This document shows positions 61,078 through 64,000 of a stretch of DNA of 64,000 nt, piece after piece. Position 1 is the first letter of the stretch, and each line of letters begins with the position of its first letter. A program made the translations under genes and the position numbers. The DNA lies in contig CAWAIF010000003.1 of NCBI GenBank assembly GCA_963782055.1, positions 1,856,001-1,920,000 of the forward strand. The letters are read 5' to 3'. The stretch is from an uncultured delta proteobacterium. GTDB taxonomy: Bacteria; Myxococcota_A; Polyangia; Polyangiales; Polyangiaceae. The notes under the pieces were generated by a model. That model made no database searches. It saw only the letters and a program-made list of their open reading frames with translations, and was not told the DNA's origin.

Positions 61078-62139
61078 TCAAGCGAATACGCGCTGGAAGA
61101 ACCACGCCATGCCGGCGATGACCAGCGCCAGGCTGGCGATCTTGGTGCCGGTGGTGCGCGCCCACGCGTTCTTGCGGGCGCGGTAGATGAGCGGGAGCAT
61201 CGCCGCGACCACCAGGAGCTGCCCGATCTCCACGCCGGAGTTGAAGGCGAAGAGGGCCGCGGGGATCTGGGGGCGCGGCAGGTGCAGGTCGACCAGGCCG
61301 CCGGCGAAGCCGAAGCCGTGGACGAGGCCGAAGGGGAAGGTGATGCGCCAGCGCCTGTCCGGGGCGAGATCGAAGACGTCCTCCACGCCCACGTAGACGA
61401 TGGACAGCGCGATGAGGGGCTCGACGATGCCCGAGCGGACGGAGAAGATGCCGAGCACCGCCACGCCCAGGCTGATGGAGTGGGCGATGGTGAAGGCGGT
61501 GATGGTGGCGACGAGATCCCGCAGGCGCCCGCCGAGGAGCAGGACGCCGAAGAGGAAGGCGAGGTGGTCGTAGCCGGTGAGGATGTGCAGCACGCCGGTG
61601 CGGATCATCCCCAGGAAGGAGGCGCTCGCGGTGACGTTGCCCGCGGTGGCGACGTGGTTGCCGAGGGTCGCGAGGAAGGTGTGGTCCTTGCCGTCCGCGC
61701 CGGTGATGGTGGCGAGGTGGCGGTGGCCCGCGGGGAAGCGGGAGACGAAGGCGAAGTCGAAGGAGAGGCCGCCCGCCGGACCGTCGCACGCGTAGTCGGC
61801 GTCGACGGTGACGGCGTCGCCCTGGCCGAGCTTCGCGTCGCGCAGCGCGCCCTCGCACGCCTTGCCCGCGGCGCGGACGTGGACGCCGTCCACCAGCTCG
61901 CGCCCGAGGACGTCGTGGTCGGCGTCGAGCTCGGCCTGCGAGAGGCGCCCGTCGTGGTCGGCGTCCAGGTCGGGCATCGCGGTGGCGAGCGCGGCCTCGG
62001 CGAAGACGAGGGAGGCGTGGACGGTGGCGCCCTCCACGCGGTACGTCCCCTGCGAGAGGTCCACCTGGTGCGCGCTCGCGACGCGCGCGAGGGAGAGCAC
62101 GAGGAGGGTGACGAGGAAGGGGAGGAGAACGCGCTTCAC
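61078..62139 (-). CDS. HupE/UreJ family protein with periplasmic N-terminal domain
   Basis: Signal peptide ending ASA-H, GVLHILTGYDHLAFL, TAFTIAHSISL, FGLVHGFGFA and FNSGVEIGQ. Confidence 0.92.
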   Translation of the reverse strand: MKRVLLPFLVTLLVLSLARVASAHQVDLSQGTYRVEGATVHASLVFAEAALATAMPDLDADHDGRLSQAELDADHDVLGRELVDGVHVRAAGKACEGALRDAKLGQGDAVTVDADYACDGPAGGLSFDFAFVSRFPAGHRHLATITGADGKDHTFLATLGNHVATAGNVTASASFLGMIRTGVLHILTGYDHLAFLFGVLLLGGRLRDLVATITAFTIAHSISLGVAVLGIFSVRSGIVEPLIALSIVYVGVEDVFDLAPDRRWRITFPFGLVHGFGFAGGLVDLHLPRPQIPAALFAFNSGVEIGQLLVVAAMLPLIYRARKNAWARTTGTKIASLALVIAGMAWFFQRVFA

Positions 62140-63413
62140 GTTCCGGCGTCGGGGCAGCCGGCGAGGGTCGTCTTCAGCTCGGTGCGGAAGGCGTCCGTCG
62201 CATACTTCAGCGTGTGCCCGTCTCGCGCCGCGGCGCAAGCCTCATCGTGATCGCCGGCGGCCAGGGCGGCGCTCAGCTCCAGCTCGAGCGCCGTCTCGGT
62301 GTGGCGCACCTTGGCGTTCTGCTTCGCCAGCACGAGCGCGCGCTTCGCGTCGGCGCCGACGCCGAGGTAGAACGCCGCGGCGTGGTTGGCGAACGCGGCA
62401 GGGTGCTTCACCAGCAGCTCTTCGTAGCGGGCGCGCGCGCGGTCGATGGCGGTCTTCGCCTCCGCCGTTCGCCCGACGCGACGCAGGGCGTCGCCGTACG
62501 CCGCGTCCACCTCCGGATCATCGGTCTTGCCGACCAGCGGCTGGAGCAGGGTCACCGCGTCCTGCGCCGTGTCCATCATGGCGAGGTGGACGGCGGCGTG
62601 CGGGAAGCCCGGCAGCGCGTGGTGGGCCTCCTCGTAGTAGAGCTTGGCGCGGACGCGGTCGCCGTGGCGCTCCAGGAGGTAGCCGCGCTGGAAGTCCATC
62701 CACGCCAGCGCGAAGGGGGAGGGATCGCGCTGGTGGGCGCGGGCGAGCTCGAAGAGGCGGTCGGACTCGGCGGCCTTGCCCATCTCGCCGGCGAGCATGG
62801 CGGCGCCGACGAAGCCGGCGGGCTTGAGGACGGCCTCGTCCTTCCAGACACCGGTCGCCTCCGCCTCGTCGTAGCGGCCGGTGGCGAGGTAGGCGGTCGC
62901 GCGGACCGTCGCGACCGACGACGGGTCGGCGCCGAGCTTCTGCGCGAGGTCGAGCTCGGCCAGCTCCGCGTCGAACTGGTGAAAGGTGCCGAGGGTGCCG
63001 GCGCGCGCCAGGTGGGCGTCGCCCTCCTTGGGCATGCGCTTCACCAGGTCGTCGGCGAGGGCGGCGGCGTGCTCGTAGTCGGCGATGCTGCCGACGAACT
63101 GCCCGCGGGAGAGGACGAAGTCGATGAGGGTCTTCTGGACCTTGACGTCCCCCGGGTGGTCCTTCGCGAGGCCCTCCCGCACCCGGATCTGGCCGTTCAG
63201 GTTGCCCAGGGCGATGCCCGGGTCGGTCGTGTGGGGGGTGTGGAGGGCCGAGGGCGCGGACGTCGGATCGCCAGCAAGCTTGCGGTCCGACGCCGACGCC
63301 GCGGAAGAGGAGCCCGCGGGCGCCTGCGAGGGGTCAGGCGCCTGGCGGGAGCAGGCTGCGAGCGCGACGATGGCCGCCGCGCCCGCGAGTCCTGCGAGTC
63401 GCGCACGCATCAC
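62136..63413 (-). CDS. TPR-repeat lipoprotein
   Basis: Lipobox LAAC and helical TPR-like repeats. GTGA-coupled on both sides. Confidence 0.85.
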   Translation of the reverse strand: MMRARLAGLAGAAAIVALAACSRQAPDPSQAPAGSSSAASASDRKLAGDPTSAPSALHTPHTTDPGIALGNLNGQIRVREGLAKDHPGDVKVQKTLIDFVLSRGQFVGSIADYEHAAALADDLVKRMPKEGDAHLARAGTLGTFHQFDAELAELDLAQKLGADPSSVATVRATAYLATGRYDEAEATGVWKDEAVLKPAGFVGAAMLAGEMGKAAESDRLFELARAHQRDPSPFALAWMDFQRGYLLERHGDRVRAKLYYEEAHHALPGFPHAAVHLAMMDTAQDAVTLLQPLVGKTDDPEVDAAYGDALRRVGRTAEAKTAIDRARARYEELLVKHPAAFANHAAAFYLGVGADAKRALVLAKQNAKVRHTETALELELSAALAAGDHDEACAAARDGHTLKYATDAFRTELKTTLAGCPDAGT

Positions 63414-64000
63414 TGCGGCGCGGCGAGGTACGGGAAGGTCGTCCCCTTGGTCTTGGCGGGGGCGTCGATGGTGTCACCGAAGCCCGTCGGCGCACCCAGC
63501 GCGGTCGCCGAGTACGTCGTGTCGATGACGTCGTAGTCCAGCTTGCGACCGCCGCAGTCGGTGTTGGTGATGCCCAGCGCGTTGAGCTCCACCGCCAGGT
63601 ACTCGGTGCAGGTGGTGGAGTCGGTGTTGATCCACATGCGGTCGTCGGCGAGAACGCCGGCGAGCGGCAGGTAACGGCCGGCGCCCGCGTCCTTGTCGGC
63701 GAGGAGCTGGTTGCCGCAGTTGGAGTCGAGGGCGTCCAGGATGGCGAGGTTCTTGGCCAGCTCCGGCGCCCACTTGGTGGCCCATCCGCTGGAGTTGTTG
63801 TCGGCGTTGTAGGAGTCCTTCGAGGCGCCGGCCTCCGCGGAGTTGGGGTCGAAGGTGTGGTTGAGCGCGGTGTTGACCGCAGGCCGGCCGAAGCGGTCGA
63901 TCTGGGTGCCCAGGGTGGGCGGGGTGATCCCGCCGTCGCCGCCGCCGTCGCTGCTGACGACGTCCGGACCGGAGTCGGTCGCGGTGACGTCGGGGCCGGC
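63410..64000 (-). CDS. DUF4331-family protein (3' part; starts beyond the window)
   Basis: TQIDRFGRPAVNTAL, CGGRKLDYDVID and FPYLAAP. Confidence 0.85.
   Translation of the reverse strand, partial: AGPDVTATDSGPDVVSSDGGGDGGITPPTLGTQIDRFGRPAVNTALNHTFDPNSAEAGASKDSYNADNNSSGWATKWAPELAKNLAILDALDSNCGNQLLADKDAGAGRYLPLAGVLADDRMWINTDSTTCTEYLAVELNALGITNTDCGGRKLDYDVIDTTYSATALGAPTGFGDTIDAPAKTKGTTFPYLAAPQ

Overview
Very GC-rich chromosomal window (roughly 70-75% by eye) with typical myxobacterial content. Ser/Thr kinases, PEGA, HEAT, CRTAC1-type and Cys-rich lipoproteins, and hybrid histidine kinases suggest Myxococcota, probably Polyangiaceae (inference). Housekeeping genes include mnmA, rpsT, arfB, yacG, tRNA-Glu(TTC), ppsA, pfkA and a class III FBPase. 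The most unusual locus is 55923-57079. There a DUF559 (Vsr-like) endonuclease gene sits between ~190-bp inverted repeats, its start lies in a ~140-nt fold-back, and it is broken by a 73-bp palindromic insertion. A mini copy of the repeat ends lies at 51515 and related REP-like repeats lie at 3537 and 16482. Other points of interest are a membrane-LuxR/DUF2231/ApbE/ferric-reductase flavinylation islet with no canonical FMN-acceptor, an orphan T3SS inner-rod-like gene near a sigma-28, and tandem HEAT-repeat paralogues with different membrane anchors. Two independent +1 frameshifts are both GATC->GAATC, probably a systematic sequencing artefact. No CRISPR array, rRNA, integrase or transposase was seen. 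All family assignments are by motif recognition, not database search.
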